This document shows, piece after piece, positions 49,754-63,766 of a DNA stretch of 64,000 nucleotides. Position 1 is the first letter of the stretch. Each line of letters opens with the position of its first letter. The DNA is from Octopus sinensis (Eukaryota), in contig NC_043006.1 of the NCBI RefSeq assembly GCF_006345805.1, forward strand, positions 18,352,001 through 18,416,000. The letters are read 5' to 3'. The notes below the pieces were generated by a model. It did no database searches and was not told where the DNA came from. It worked only from the letters and a program-made list of their open reading frames with translations. Made by a program: the position numbers and the translations under genes.

Positions 49754-50801
49754 CATACATTGTAGTAATTTGTTTATATGATGGTCAAATATTTCCCCTC
49801 AGCCAATTTAATCTACATTAATGTTTAACTTATGGCTTGCATGGAAGCAAGTATAATTATGTTACATTACTTTCAAATTATATCTGCTATACTGTATTGG
49901 TGAAAAAATGTAAACCCTCAGAGATTGGAAGGCTTTCATTATAAACCAAACTGATATTGCCCGGGAAGTATGTTCATACATACTTACATCATTCTGGTTA
50001 AACTATCTCAGAAATTCTAGTGATGAACAGAAATGCGAATGTAGAAATCAATAACATGGTTAGTTTGGACTGTTGGGAGCATATAATAACATTAAAACTG
50101 ATTCTTTCTACAGTGTTAGGAATGCTTCATGTTGAACTTTGTATTGTACGAGTGACAACATATCTCATTAAACTAAGCCCTATGCTCAGGGGAGAGTTAA
50201 ATTTTGCGATAAATGTTCTCCATTATCTACATTAGAAAATGTTCCTTTAAAATAAGAAAATACAAATACAGTTCAAAAGTGACTTTAGACTGAGACATCA
50301 CAATGCAAGCTAAAAACGAAACCTCTATACAGGTATTTAGCCTACTAGAAATAGCTGTCAAATCCCTCTTGAATCACACCCTATTGTCTTTAAAAGAAGA
50401 AAGATACATTCGGCAATGTTATTTGCCCCATTCCTCTTATTCATTCGATGACTCTCTCGGGATTCTTCTCCTGCCCTCTTTCCTTCGCACCTTTTGTCTA
50501 TATTCACTCTTTATAATGTCAGATTGTCCTGAACTTTTACATCACATCCTATCACTTTTTCAGCTCTATCACTGTCACTAATCCTTTCCCTCTCCCCTGT
50601 TCCATTCCATACTCCAATATCCTCTCTTTTTACTACCCCTCCTCCCTCTGCCTAGGATCATCACCCACTCTCTTTCCTTTCTATTCTCCCTGATCACTTT
50701 AAGCTCTTAGTTTTGCAAGTTAGAAGCCAATCATCACCCCCGTACTGGTGCCACAATAAAATGGTTGACTTTAGGCACATGGCTAGAAATTAGGGAATGG
50801 G

Positions 50802-51006
50802 TTACTCTTTTACTTGTTTCAGTCATTTGACTGTGGCCATGCTGGAGCACTGCCTTTAGTCGAGCAAATCGACCCCAGGACTTATTCTTTGTAAGCCTAG
50901 TACTTATTCTATCAGTCTCTTTTGCTGAACCGCTAAGTTACGGGGGATGTAAACACACCAGTATTGGTTGTCAAGCGATGTTCGAGGGACAAACACAGAC
51001 ACACAA

Positions 51007-51069
<63 letters not shown>

Positions 51070-51232
51070 CAACGGGCTTCTTTCAGTTTCTGTCGACCAA
51101 TTCTACTCACAAGTCTTTGGTCGGCCCGAGGCTATAGTAGAAGACACTTGCCCCAGGTGCCACACAGTGGGACTGAACCTGGAACCATGTGGTTGGTAAG
51201 CAAGCTACTTACCACACAGCCACTCCTGTGCC
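50802..51232 (-). mobile_element. SINE family A
   Basis: Full-length family A sequence. Confidence 0.9.
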
Positions 51233-51239
51233 TATTTTC

Positions 51240-52005
51240 CTAGCTCTTTATTTTCTGAGTTCAATTTTCACTGAGGTTAACTTTGCTTTGCATCCTTCTC
51301 AAGGGCAATTAAAATAAAGTACCAGTAAAGTACTGGGGCAGTTGTAATTGACTTGCTCTCCCTGCTAAAATTGTTTGCCTTGTGCAAAAATTTGAAGGAA
51401 TTATTATAATTATCGCAGAATTGTTAACACACTGGGCCAAATGCTTAATGGCTTTTCGTTCATCATTATGTTCTGAGTTCAAATTCCGCTGAGGTTGACT
51501 TTACCTTTCAACATTTCAGGGTCGATAAATTAAGTACCAGTTGCGTACTGGGGTTGATCTAATCGACTGCCCCACCTCCCTCAAAATTTCAGGCCTTGTG
51601 CCTAGAGTAGAAAAAAATTATGTTCTGGGTTCAAATTCCACCAAGGTTGACTTTGCCTTTGATCTCTTTTGGGGTTGATAAAATAAGTACCAGTAGAGCA
51701 CTGGTGTTGATGTAATCAACTTACCCCTCCCTCGAAATTGCTGGCCTTGTGCCAAAATTTGAAACCATTATTAATAGTAATAGTGAAGGCGGTGAGCTAG
51801 CAGAGTCGTTAGCACACTGGGCAAAATACTTAGCAGTATTTTGTCCTTCATGATGTTCTGAGTTCAAGTTCAAGTTGACTTTGCCTTTCATCCTTTTGGA
51901 GTTGGTAAAATAAGTACCAGATGAGCACTAGGGTCGATTTAATCGACTAAGCCCCTCCCCCCAAATTTTCAGGCCTTGTGCCTTTAGTAGAAAGGATTAT
52001 TAATA
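51240..52005 (+). mobile_element. Head-to-tail cluster of four family C-related SINEs
   Basis: The TTCTGAGTTCAA...AAGTACCAG core recurs at ~51252, 51471, 51622 and 51856. Confidence 0.75.
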
Positions 52006-52007
52006 GT

Positions 52008-52396
52008 GGATGGAAGCACTCCGTCGGTTACGGCGATGAGGGTTCCGGTTGATCCGAATCAACGGAACAGCCTGCTCATGAAATTAACGTGTAAGTGGCT
52101 GAGCACTCCACAGACACGTGCACCCTTAACGTAGTTCTTGGGGATATTCAGCGTGACACAGAGAGTGACAAGGCCGGCCCCTTGAAATACAGGTACAACA
52201 GAATCAGGAAGTAAGAGTGAGAGAAAGTTGTGGTGAAAGAGTACAGCAGGGATCACCACCATCCCCTGCCGGAGCCTTGTGGAGCTTTAGGTGTTTTCGC
52301 TCAATAAACACTCACAACGCCCGGTCTGGGAATCGAAACCGCGATCCTACGACCGTGAGTCCGCTGCCCTAACCACTGGGCCATTGCTCCTCCACA
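52008..52396 (-). mobile_element. SINE family B
   Basis: Reverse complement of family B. Confidence 0.9.
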
Positions 52397-52664
52397 AATA
52401 GTAATAGTATGGCAGTGAGCTGGCAGAATTGTTAGCATACTGGCCAAAATGCTTTGTGGCTTTACATTCTGAGTTCAAATTCTGTCACGGTCTACTTTGC
52501 CTTTCATCCCTTTCAGGGTCGATAAAATAAGTACCATTTGACTACTGGGGTTCATCTAATTGACTTAACACTTTGGCATTGCTGTTTTATGCCAAAATTT
52601 AAAATCATTATTATTATTATTAGTAGTAATCCTGATAGTGAAAGTGGTGGCAGCAGCAATGGTG

Positions 52665-52700
<36 letters not shown>

Positions 52701-53066
52701 GTTGTAGAGATCAATCTTGACTACTTGTGTCTCCTGTCTTCCATAGGCACTGTCCACTTTTCATGACTGACATCCTCGGTGCACACAAGCATATCTTTTT
52801 TTTTATTAATTTTAATCTTTCTATTTTTGCCTCTGATTTCTCTTCTATCCAATTCTCATTTATTCTTTGACATTTATTTCCATTCACTTTGCACATCCAT
52901 TGCAGCATGTTCATCTATTTTATTTTCAGCCTACACATATCTTTTGTGAACATGTGTATGTATGTACATATGTATATGTGCTTGTGTGTGTGTGTGTGAG
53001 TATATATATATATATATATATATGTGTTGATATATGTGTGTGTGTATGTGTGTGTGTGTATATATA

Positions 53067-53418
53067 TCATCATCATCATCATCATCATCATCATTTAACG
53101 TCCGCTTTCCATGCTAGCATGGGTTGGACGGTTCAACTGGGGTCTGGGGAGCCCGAAAGCTGCACCAGTCCAGTCAGATCTGGCAGTGTTTCTACAGCTG
53201 GATGCCCTTCCTAACGCCAACCACTCCGAGAGTGTAGTGGGTGATTTTATGTGCCACCGACACAGGTGCAGACGAGGCTGACAAACGGCCACGCTCGGAT
53301 GGTGTTTTTTATGTGCCATCGACACAGGTGCCAGACGAGGCTGGCAGACGGCCACGCTCGGATGGTGTTTTTTTATGTGCCACCGACACAGGTGCCAGAC
53401 GAGGCTGGCAGACGGCCA
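53067..53418 (-). mobile_element. (GAT)n-tailed retroposon
   Basis: Family consensus with three internal units. Confidence 0.85.
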
Positions 53419-53443
53419 TATATATATATATATATATATATAA

Positions 53444-53476
<33 letters not shown>

Positions 53477-53510
53477 CATACATATACATATATATATATG
53501 TAGATATATA

Positions 53511-53561
<51 letters not shown>

Positions 53562-53623
53562 ATATATATACATACATATATATATACATACATATATATA
53601 TATATACATATAAATGTATATAT

Positions 53624-53681
<58 letters not shown>

Positions 53682-53905
53682 TCCAAGTATGTGTATGCGT
53701 TGATTTAATCAATCACATCTACTTCAAAATATGTGATCTTGTGCCAGTGCAAGAAATTAATATAAATGTCATTTTGAACAGTAAATAGGAAGTATTGAAT
53801 TGCTTTCCATTGTTATTTTTGATATCTCAAGACCCCATAATTTATTATCGAATTAGAACGTCATAAGTGTATCCACAGTCAATGTTTTACCATAATCAAT
53901 CTATG

Positions 53906-54208
53906 TATCCGACTCGTGGCCGATGCCAGCTCCGCCTCGTCTGGCTTCCGTGCCGGTGGCACATAAAATACACCAATCCGACCGTGGCCGTTGCCAGCCT
54001 CGCCTGACACCTGTGCAGGTGGCACGTAAAAAGCACCCACTACACTCACGGAGTGGTTGGCGTTAGGAAGGGCATCCAGCTGTAGAAACTTTGCCAGATA
54101 AGACTGGAGCCTGGTGCAGCCTTCTGGCTTCCCAGATCCCCGGTCGAACCGTCCAACCCATGCTAGCATGGAAAACGGACGTTAAACGATGATGATGATG
54201 ATGATGAT
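53906..54208 (+). mobile_element. (GAT)n-tailed retroposon
   Basis: Family consensus blocks. Confidence 0.85.
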
Positions 54209-54366
54209 GTATGTACTGGGGCTTGCAATCTGACTGTGATTATAGCGTGCTGAGCAAAATTCTTAGCTGCATTTCATCCATCTTTACACCCTGAGTTCAA
54301 ATTTTGTTGGGGTCCTTTTTGCTTTCCATCCTTTTGAGGTTGATAAAGTAAGTACCAGTTGAGTAC

Positions 54367-55695
54367 TGGGATCGATATAATCGACTTAACTCCTCCCCCA
54401 AAATCGCTGGTCTTGTACCAAAATTTGAAACAAATATGATCTTGATTATGGCTAGAATATGATGGGATCCATATAATCGACTTAACCCCTCCCCAAAATC
54501 GCTGGTCTTGTACCAAAATTTGAAACATATATGATCTTGATTATGGCTAGAATATGATGGGATCCATATAATCGACTTAACCCCTCCCCAAAATCGCTGG
54601 TCTTGTACCAAAATTTGAAACATATATGATCTTGATTATGGCTAGAATATGATGGGATCCATATAATCGACTTAACCCCTCCCCAAAATCGATGGTCTTG
54701 TACCGAAATTTGAAACAAATATGATCTTGATTATGGCTAGAATATGATGGGATCCATATAATCGACTTAACCCCCCCCAAAATCGATGGTCTTGTACCGA
54801 AATTTGAAACATATATGATCTTGATTATGGCTAGAATATGATGGGATCCATATAATCGACTTAACCCCTCCCCAAAATCGATGGTCTTGTACCGAAATTT
54901 GAAACAAATATGATCTTGATTATGGCTAGAATATGATGGGATCCATATAATCGACTTAACCCCTCCCCAAAATCGATGGTCTTGTACCGAAATTTGAAAC
55001 AAATATGATCTTGATTATGGCTAGAATATGATGGGATCCATATAATCGACTTAACCCCTCCCCAAAATCGATGGTCTTGTACCGAAATTTGAAACAAATA
55101 TGATCTTGATTATGGCTAGAATATGATGGGATCCATATAATCGACTTAACCCCTCCCCAAAATCGATGGTCTTGTACCGAAATTTGAAACATATATGATC
55201 TTGATTATGGCTAGAATATGATGGGATCCATATAATCGACTTAACCCCTCCCCAAAATCGATGGTCTTGTACCGAAATTTGAAACAATATGATCTTGATT
55301 ATGGCTAGAATATGATGGGATCCATATAATCGACTTAACCCCTCCCCAAAATCGATGGTCTTGTACCGAAATTTGAAACAAATATGATCTTGATTATGGC
55401 TAGAATATGATGGGATCCATATAATCGACTTAACTCCTCCCCAAAATCGATGGTCTTGTACCGAAATTTGAAACATACATGATCTTGATTATGGCTAGAA
55501 TATGATGGGATCCATATAATCGACTTAACCCCTCCCCAAAATCGATGGTCTTGTACCGAAATTTGAAACAAATATGATCTTGATTATGGCTAGAATATGA
55601 TGGGATCCATATAATCGACTTAACCCCTCCCCAAAATCGATGGTCTTGTACCGAAATTTGAAACAAATATGATCTTGATTATGGCTAGAATATGA
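54367..55695. repeat. Tandem array of 14 x ~95-bp units derived from a SINE 3' end plus flank
   Basis: Unit TGGGATCCATATAATCGACTTAACCCCTCCCCAAAATCGATGGTCTTGTACCGAAATTTGAAACAAATATGATCTTGATTATGGCTAGAATATGA. It continues directly from the family C SINE at 54240-54430. Confidence 0.95.
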
Positions 55696-56811
55696 ACAAG
55701 AATCAAAAAGCAGCATCGAAAACATTCATTTGTTGCTCGAAGTTCAAAGATATAAATTATAACTAAATGTATCAAGAATTTCAAATTACATTCCACCATT
55801 TAATGGAATACAATGTGGTTAAGAAAACAGATTTATAAAATAAACAATAACAATTGTATTATTAGTTGATGGTTTTAGCGTTGTTGCTTATATGTGGTAG
55901 ACTTAAATTTGTGTAAAGTCGGCCTGTTTACTACGTTCATTTTGTTCTGACAGTTCTGCTCTTTGTATGAAAATAATACTGAAGAAATATCAAAGTGGAA
56001 AATGAGATAATTGTTATTCTGATCTATATGTGAATGCAAAGTTTTTGTGTGAAGTAGACTATACAATTCATTTGCTTTATTTACATCTGATCCTCTGTTA
56101 CATCTATTAGATATTAAATGTTATTCTGCAAGTGAGACAGGATACATACTCTGTCTCTCTCTTGTTTCTGAGATAGCTGCTTGCTAAAAATCATCTGCCA
56201 CTTGAGAGAGAGAGTGATTTTGTCAGTATGGATTCCTGATATTTACTTATAAAGAATATTGTGTGGAAAAGTATTGTTTATGTCAGCAGGTGCCACTCAG
56301 TTTGAAGATAGAAGTATACTGATGACTGAATGTTGATGTAACCACTTATATTTCAAGCTGTACATGAATAGAAAGAGAACTTTTTACTCTTTTAAATAAT
56401 GTGAGATTAAACATGAAATTTTTTTAACACTTTAGCAATCAGATTCCTTTGTCAAATATAATGCTTATTTGTTCACGTTGTGTTTTAAATTTATCTTTCA
56501 TTATCTCGTAGCTCCAAGATTTTGTTCATGCGATTGGTGATTGTGTATATTTAGAATGACATTGTTGGGTAGGTGTGAGAGGTCAGATCTGTCTGGCAGA
56601 ATATTTGGGCGAGATGTGGCTGCTTTAAATGCTAATGGATAAAACGAGCCTAATTCAGTTATTACTTCAGCAATTACTTGGCATCCAATTTCAGTACTCA
56701 TGGCTTGAAAATTTACCTTCACAGCTTATTCTTGACCATATCTTTAAATGATATGATTATTCACACATCCATCACAGAGGAACTTGGGATGTTATAATCA
56801 AATATTTAATA

Positions 56812-57030
56812 ATCCTTTCTACTAAAGGCACAAGGCCTGTAATTTGTGGGGAGAGAACTAGTTGATTACATTGACCCCAGTGTTTCACTGGTACTTAATT
56901 TATTGACCCCAGAAGGATGAAAGGCAAAGAAGACTTTGGCAGAATTTGAATTCAGAACACAAAGACAAATGAAATACTGCTAAGTATTTTCACCTGGCAT
57001 GCTAACGATTCTACCAGCTCCCTACCTTAA
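56812..57030 (-). mobile_element. SINE family C
   Basis: Reverse complement of the conserved core. Confidence 0.75.
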
Positions 57031-57196
57031 TCAAATACTCAGTAATACCACAAAAACGAATATCACTTAATTTAAGAACACTCAAATCATACAATAGCTT
57101 TTTTTTTCAACAAAAGGGAATAAGAGCATTAAAGATCAAAAATAAAATTACATAGTATTAATACTTGGGTACAAATACTTTTCAGAGAAAACCATA

Positions 57197-57591
57197 GGTG
57201 TAGGAGTGGCTGTGTGGTAAGCAGCTTGCTTACGAACCACATGGTTCCGGGTTCAGTCCCACTGCGTGGCACCTCGGGCAAGTGTCTTCTACTATAGCCT
57301 CGGGCCGACCAAAGCCTTGTGAGTGGATTTGATAGAAGGAAACTGAAAGAAGCCCGTCGTATATATATGTGTGTGTGTATATGTTTGTGTGACTGTTTGT
57401 CCCCCCAACATTGCTTGACAACCGATGCTAGTGTGTTTACGTCCCCGTCACTTAGCGGTTCGGTGAAAGAGACCGATAGAATAAGTACTAGGCTTACAAG
57501 GAATATGCTCTGGGGTCGATGTGCTCGACTAAAGGCAGTGCTCCAGCATGGCCACAGTCAAATGACTGAAACAAGTAAAAGAGTAAAGAGT
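57197..57591 (+). mobile_element. SINE family A
   Basis: Full-length family A sequence. Confidence 0.9.
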
Positions 57592-57639
57592 AATGAACAC
57601 TGAATCTATAAGTATTTTCGAGTTTTTTATAATTTTTGG

Positions 57640-58010
57640 CTAAATAATCACTCGATTACTTGGAATTTCTTTCTTCAATACCTTTGTTGACCCATCTCCA
57701 TGTCATTTCTATAATTGTTAAATCTGAAGGTTGTTGCAACAAGTTTTCTTGCTTTTGATAAATTCCTTGATGTTTCCTGTGGTATGTTTGTTTTTGGTTG
57801 GTGTACTGCATCTGGTGGAATGCAACTGCATGCCATTCGTAGGGCATGCAGCCCCAAACCATAGCATCATAACTGCTATTCTTGACTATTGGGTTCATGA
57901 ACTTATGGTGAAAATCTCTTCCTGTACAAAGCCGGATGTTCACTCTACAAGGCTCATGTGAGGCCTGCAATTGAGCGCTACTCCCATGTTACCCAGGGTA
58001 AGCTTTTACA
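57640..58010 (-). mobile_element. Tc1-like transposase remnant
   Basis: VKNSSYDAMVWGCM (VKHGGGSVMVWGC-like) and QPSDLTIIEMTW (SPDLNIIENLW-like). Confidence 0.6.
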
Positions 58011-58047
58011 TTTTACCCATCTTATCAAATTTTAAGATGATATAACT

Positions 58048-58085
<38 letters not shown>

Positions 58086-58302
58086 CCATCATCCTCATCA
58101 TCATCGTTTATAATATTCATTCCCCATCTTGGCATAGATTGGACAGTTTTTGCAAGTTGGAAGACTGTCATATTCCAATGTCTGGTTTGGCATTGTCTCT
58201 GTAGCTGGATGACTCTCCTAATTCCAACTGAGTGTACTGGATGCTTTCTTCATAGCACCATCACTAGTGAGATTTGCTTTCAACATGCAAGATTAAAGGG
58301 CC

Positions 58303-58926
58303 TTAACCCTTTAGTGTTTAGATTACTTTATCAAATGTGGAGGCGCAATGGCCCAGTGGTTAGGGCAGCGGACTCGCGGTCATACGATCGTGGTTTCGAT
58401 TCCCAGACCGGGCGTTGTGAGTGTTTATTGAGCGAAAACACCTAAAAGCTCCACATGGCTCCGGCAGGGGATGGTGGTGATCCCTGCTGTACTCTTTCAC
58501 CACAACTTTCTCTCACTCTTACTTCCTGTTTCTGTTGTACCTGTATTTCAAGGGGCCGGCCTTGTCACTCTCTGTGTCACGCTGAATATCCCCGAGAACT
58601 ACGTTAAGGGTGCACGTGTCTGTGGAGTGCTCAGCCACTTACACGTTAATTTCACGAGCAGGCTGTTCCGTTGATTCGGATCAACCGGAACCCTCATCGT
58701 CGTAACCGACGGAGTGCTTCCACACTTTGTCAAATGTAATACTTATTTATTCACATTGTTTTGAATTAATTGTGCCTTGTCTCATAGCTTCAAGATTTTG
58801 ATGTGATTATTTATCTTTAGAATGATATTGTAGGGTAGGTGTGAGAGGCTGAATATCATAAGTTTGAACATAAAACAAGGATAATATTGTGGCTGGATAT
58901 GGCCGGTTTAAACACTAATGGGTTAA
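58303..58926. mobile_element. piggyBac-like MITE with nested SINE family B (58339-58722)
   Basis: TTAACCCTTTAG...AATGGGTTAA. SINE TSD ACTTT(A/G)TCAAATGT. Confidence 0.85.
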
Positions 58927-59357
58927 TGGCCCCTATAACTGAAGGAGAAAAGGAGAGAAAGAGAGAGAAGGATAGAGTGAGAGTGAATGAAAGAGAGAAA
59001 AAGGAGAGAGGCAGGAATAAAATGAGAGAGAGTTATGATTTAAGTGAGGCGATGAGAGTTATTGAGAGTTTTTCTTGATCAAATAGCATATAATAACAAA
59101 TGTTAAAATTAAAATACTTTTCCTTATAATGTTTGGAAATTTACCGACACTCATTTTTGTGGTTTTATTAATGTTGCCAATAATTGCATTGTGCTAATTA
59201 AAATATTTGTGTTTCAATTTAATGGGTAAAATAGTCTCTTTCTAGTCTTATAGCTACTTACCCTTGAACTGTGAAATTAAATTGCATGTTTATTCCACTA
59301 GTGATGTTGTGATGTTCAATATCTACCAAAAAGCTAGATGTGTCAATAAACATGACA

Positions 59358-59647
59358 TCTTTTTATCTTTTACTAGTTTCAATCATTTGACCGCAGCCAT
59401 GCTGGAGCACTGCCTTGAAGGGCTTTAGTTTAACAAAACAACTCCAGGACGTATTTAAATTTGTTTTTTTTTAATGCCCAGTACTTATTCTATTAGTCTC
59501 CTTTGCTGAAATGCTAAGTTACAGAGATATAAATTCATCAACACTGGATGTCAAGTGGTGGTGGGAGACAAACACAGTTACAAAGACCACACACACATAG
59601 ACATATACATACACACACATACATACATACATACATACATACATACA

Positions 59648-59681
<34 letters not shown>

Positions 59682-59910
59682 AGTACATGCATACATACAT
59701 ACATACATACATACATACATACATACATACATACATACATACATAAGTACATACATACATACATACATACATACATACGATATGCTTCATTCAGTTTCTC
59801 TCTACCAAACCCACTCACAAGATTTTGGTCAGCCCAAGGCCAAAGTAGAAGACACTTGCTCATGGTGCCTCGCAGTGGGACTGAACCTGAAACCATGTGG
59901 TTGGGAAGCA
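59358..59910 (-). mobile_element. Old SINE family A with expanded (TACA)n
   Basis: Diverged family A head and tail around (TACA)n at 59605-59778. Confidence 0.78.
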
Positions 59911-60062
59911 ATTCAAACATGACAATCCTCAACAAAAGATAGATTGGCACATAAAACTGCTTTCTACAGTGAAGGATAATGACATTTTGAGTGGATATAT
60001 TTAATTTCCATAGTAAAAAGGTTGAATAAATGAAAGCCATGTTTAATCATCATTATACTAGC

Positions 60063-60521
60063 TCTCTATATATAAACGGCAAAATGTCTGTGTGTGTATC
60101 CTTTGTACAAATTTTCAGTTAGAGGGCTCACACTTTCTATGGTCATTCAAAATCGTCCAAGGGTGGTTGTGAAGATCTTTTCTTTTCCCCAGTTACCCCT
60201 GAAAGCTATTAAAAAAACGATAAACCGACCCCTTATGTTTCAGGTAACAAAAGTCTTTAATACAAGGGACGTAACTCCAGCAGTTTAATTTAAATATATT
60301 AAACCATAGCAAGGGAAATAACTCTTTAAACCTCTGCATTTCCCTCCCTTTGTTATGTATCACACCTCTTTGGCTTTCAGACGTGCACGCTTTTTTGATT
60401 TGAGAAATGCAGGGAATAATTAACGAGTTAGACCAAGGGAATGACAAGAGAGGGGATTTTCATGAAAGACCAAATATGCTTGACTAGCACAAGACCCGGC
60501 AACGCCAGGTCATAATGCTAA
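60063..60521 (+). mobile_element. Non-autonomous Helitron (second family)
   Basis: TCTCTATATATAAACGGC start and GACCCGGCAACGCCAGGTC hairpin followed by GCTAA (degenerate CTAG). A 5' homolog is at 60750-60910. Confidence 0.72.
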
Positions 60522-60701
60522 TTGTCTTTAAATTAGGTGTTGTTTCTGTACATTTGAAATCATAGGACTGAGGCAAATACAGAAAAAGTTATTTATAATG
60601 AACTTATTGAATACAGTGCTCAGGTGCTCTACCAGTCATCAGAAAATGTAACCAAAACTGCATGAACAGTACATAGAATATACACAGGAAAACTTTGGAT
60701 G

Positions 60702-61505
60702 TATGAGGTGGCATCAAAAGGTTCCCGGACCAGTTATCTCTTATTATAATCTATATATAAACAGCAAAATGTCTGTGTGTGTCCTTTATACAAATCCACA
60801 ATTTTTCAGTTAGAGGGCTCGCACTTTCTATGGTCATTCAAAACCGTCCAAAGGTGGTCGTGCACATCTTTACATTTCCCCAGTCACCCAGCAAAACCAT
60901 TAAAAAATCAATAGAAGTGACTTTTTTGTGAATTTTCTATCCAAAACCCAATCAAAATGCCCGAAACTTGATACGCCAATTGAATGCCAGCTAGCTGTAT
61001 GTGACTGGTCGGAGATTTGGACAGTACTCGCGTGTATGTGCGCACGCACGCAGCTGTATATGCATGTTCAATAAAAAATAACTTATTTACCTAAGTTTTA
61101 ACATCATCTCCTTTGAAATATTCACCATGCACAGCAATACACTGGCCCCACCATTCTTGTCATTTTTGGAATCTGGCCTGGAAGTTGTTTTCTGTGAGTG
61201 TATCGAGGACCTTCTGCGATTCGCTCTTGATCTTGACAACGGTATTAAAACAGCAACCTTTGAGCTGCATTTTCATCTTGGGGAAGAAATAGAAGTCTGG
61301 AGGTGCTAAATCTGGTGAATAGGGCAGGTGCAGAAGTGACACCATGTTGTTTCTGGTGAGAAACTCACGAGTGAGGAGAGCTCAGTGACAGGATGCCTTG
61401 TCATCATGAAGAATCCAATTCTTTGCATTCTACAGATCCAGTCACTTTCGCTGAATGTCCTCTAAATGCTTCAAAACACTGCAGAAGGGTTCTTGATTGA
61501 CAGCC
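60702..61505 (-). mobile_element. Mariner transposase C-terminal remnant with nested Helitron fragment (60750-~61065)
   Basis: HLPYSPDLAPPDFYFFPKMKMQLKG...HGEYFKGD and a TATGAGGTGGCATCAAAAGGTTCCCGGAC TIR-like end. Confidence 0.85.
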
Positions 61506-61507
61506 TA

Positions 61508-61708
61508 GACACAACAGAAACAGGAAGAAAGAGTGAGAGAAAGTTGTGATGAAATAGTACAGCAGGGTTCACCACCACCCCTTGCCGGAGCCTCGTGGAG
61601 CTTTAGGTGCTTTTGCTCAATAAACACTCAGAACGCCCGGTCTGGGAATCGAAACCGTGATCCTACGACCGCGAGTCTGCTGCCCTAACCACTGGGCCAT
61701 TGCGCTTC

Positions 61709-61712
<4 letters not shown>
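61508..61712 (-). mobile_element. SINE family B 5' part, followed by a + strand family A 3' part (61765-61943)
   Basis: Family B head in reverse orientation. Confidence 0.8.
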
Positions 61713-61747
<35 letters not shown>

Positions 61748-62736
61748 TCATATGTATGTATATATTTATGTGTGTGTCTGTGTTTGTCCCACCACCATCA
61801 CTTGACAACTGGTACTGGTGTGTTTATGTCCCTGTAACTTAGTAGTTCAGCAAAAGAGAGAGACAGAATAAATACTTGACTTACAAAGAATAAGTCCTGA
61901 GGTCGATTTCTTTGACTAAAACTCTCTAAAGTGGTGCTCCAGCCTTTGATCCTCAATCTAATAAACCAAGCTTGACCCAGTGGTAAACAACAATGTAACT
62001 TTTATTTTTAGAAACAAAAAGTATAGAAAGAAAAAAGTTCTCAAATTAAATTACAGCTCCAGAACTTTGGAACTCCTTGAGTTTAACTGGATTCTGTGTG
62101 CATGCATAAAATGCATTAACTGAGAAAAAGAGATAATAAAACTGAAGATGCATAAGAAGATATAACTTGACTAGATAAATGTAATAAGTAAAAAGCAATA
62201 AAAATCAGAAATCCTTGACAAAATTGCTGATGAAGTTTTCTGGAGGAAACTAAATATATGAACATATAAAGCTGTTTCATTGTAATTTCATGGAAGGAAA
62301 TTTTGAAGCCTGGATTTATCTGTCGATGTGAAGAGAGAATGCAAATAGAATCATCCAATTTGTTTGATTAGTTTCATTAAAATCATGAAGCAATATCTTA
62401 TCACTTAATGTTCAAAGCTGTCACTAGTGCACCATGAAAGACCTGTTTGGAATTGTAATACCGACAGAGGTTTAAACATTGGCTTTTACACTGTACTAAT
62501 AAAACATATTGAAGCTGAAGTTTCTATACACACACACACACTCTCTCTTTCTCTCTCTCTCTCTCCCTCACACACACACACACACACAAACACACATGCA
62601 TGCTCACACATCTATCTTGCCCTGTTTTCAGGAATGATTTTTCAAAGGAGACATTCTGTTCCATATAACCAAATGTGTGCGTACATGTATATGTATATGC
62701 ATATAAATGAGTATATGTACATAAATATATATATAT

Positions 62737-63035
62737 CATCGTCATCATCATCATCATCACCGTTTAACGTCCGTTTTCCATGCTAGCATGGGTTAGACGG
62801 TTCAACTGCGGTCTGGGAAGCCAGAAAGCTGCACCAGGCACAGTCTGATCTGGCAGTGTTTCTACAGCTGGATGCCCTCCCTAACGCCAACCATTCCGTG
62901 AGTGTAGTGGGTGCTTTTTACGTGCCACCGGCATGGAGGCCAGTCAGGGCGGCGCTGGCTACGGCCATGTTCGGATGGTACTCTTACGTGCCACCGGCAC
63001 TGGTATCATAGCTACAAATTCCATTGATGTTGATC
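62737..63035 (-). mobile_element. (GAT)n-tailed retroposon
   Basis: Family consensus blocks. Confidence 0.85.
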
Positions 63036-63275
63036 GTATATATATATATATACAGTTGCGACCAAAATGTTCAGAACGGCATTGTTTTTGCCAGAAAAGT
63101 AGATATAAGTTTTCATCAAAGTTGTTTTATGTTCTATAATTTTCACAGACAATAAATACGATATTAATTGTTATTGTCAGAGATTTTGGTGTAATTTGAG
63201 AGGATAATACAAAAGTTATGTCTCTTTCGCTTTTTGAAATGGTAAGTTTTGATGCGAAGGAATTTGGGGGTTGTT

Positions 63276-63766
63276 TCTTATTTCTTTATTGCCCACTTTG
63301 TCTGTCCTCGTTTGTCCCCATACAGGGGACAGACAAGGATAGACAAAGTGATTAAGTTGATTACATTAACCCCAGTGTGTAACTGGTACTTAATTTATCA
63401 AGGTGAGCTGGCAGAAACGTTAGCACGCCGGGCGAAATGCTTAGCGGTATTTCGTCTGCGTTACGTTGTGAGTTCAAATTCTGCCGAGGTCGACTTTGCC
63501 TTTCATCCTTTCGGGGTCGATAAATTAAGTACCAGTTACACACTGGGATCGATGTAATCGACTTAATACCTATGTCTCTCCTTGTTTGTCCCCTCTGTGT
63601 TTAGCCCCTTGTGGGTAATAAAGAAATAGGTACTTAATTTATCAACCCCGAAAGGATGAAAGGCAAAGTCGAACTCGGCAGAATTTGAACTCAGAACGTA
63701 ACAGCAGATGAAATACTGCTAAGCATATCGCCCAGCGGGCCAACGTTTCTGCCAGCTCATCGCCTT
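63276..63766. mobile_element. Family C SINE (+, 63401-63628) nested in an oppositely oriented family C SINE (-)
   Basis: TSD GGTACTTAATTTATCAA at 63384-63400 and 63629-63645. Confidence 0.88.

Noticed and set aside
54367-55695. CRISPR-like regular array and the repeated ORFs within it
   Set aside because: Units are contiguous and near-identical with no unique spacers and no cas genes. The context is eukaryotic and the unit derives from a SINE tail.
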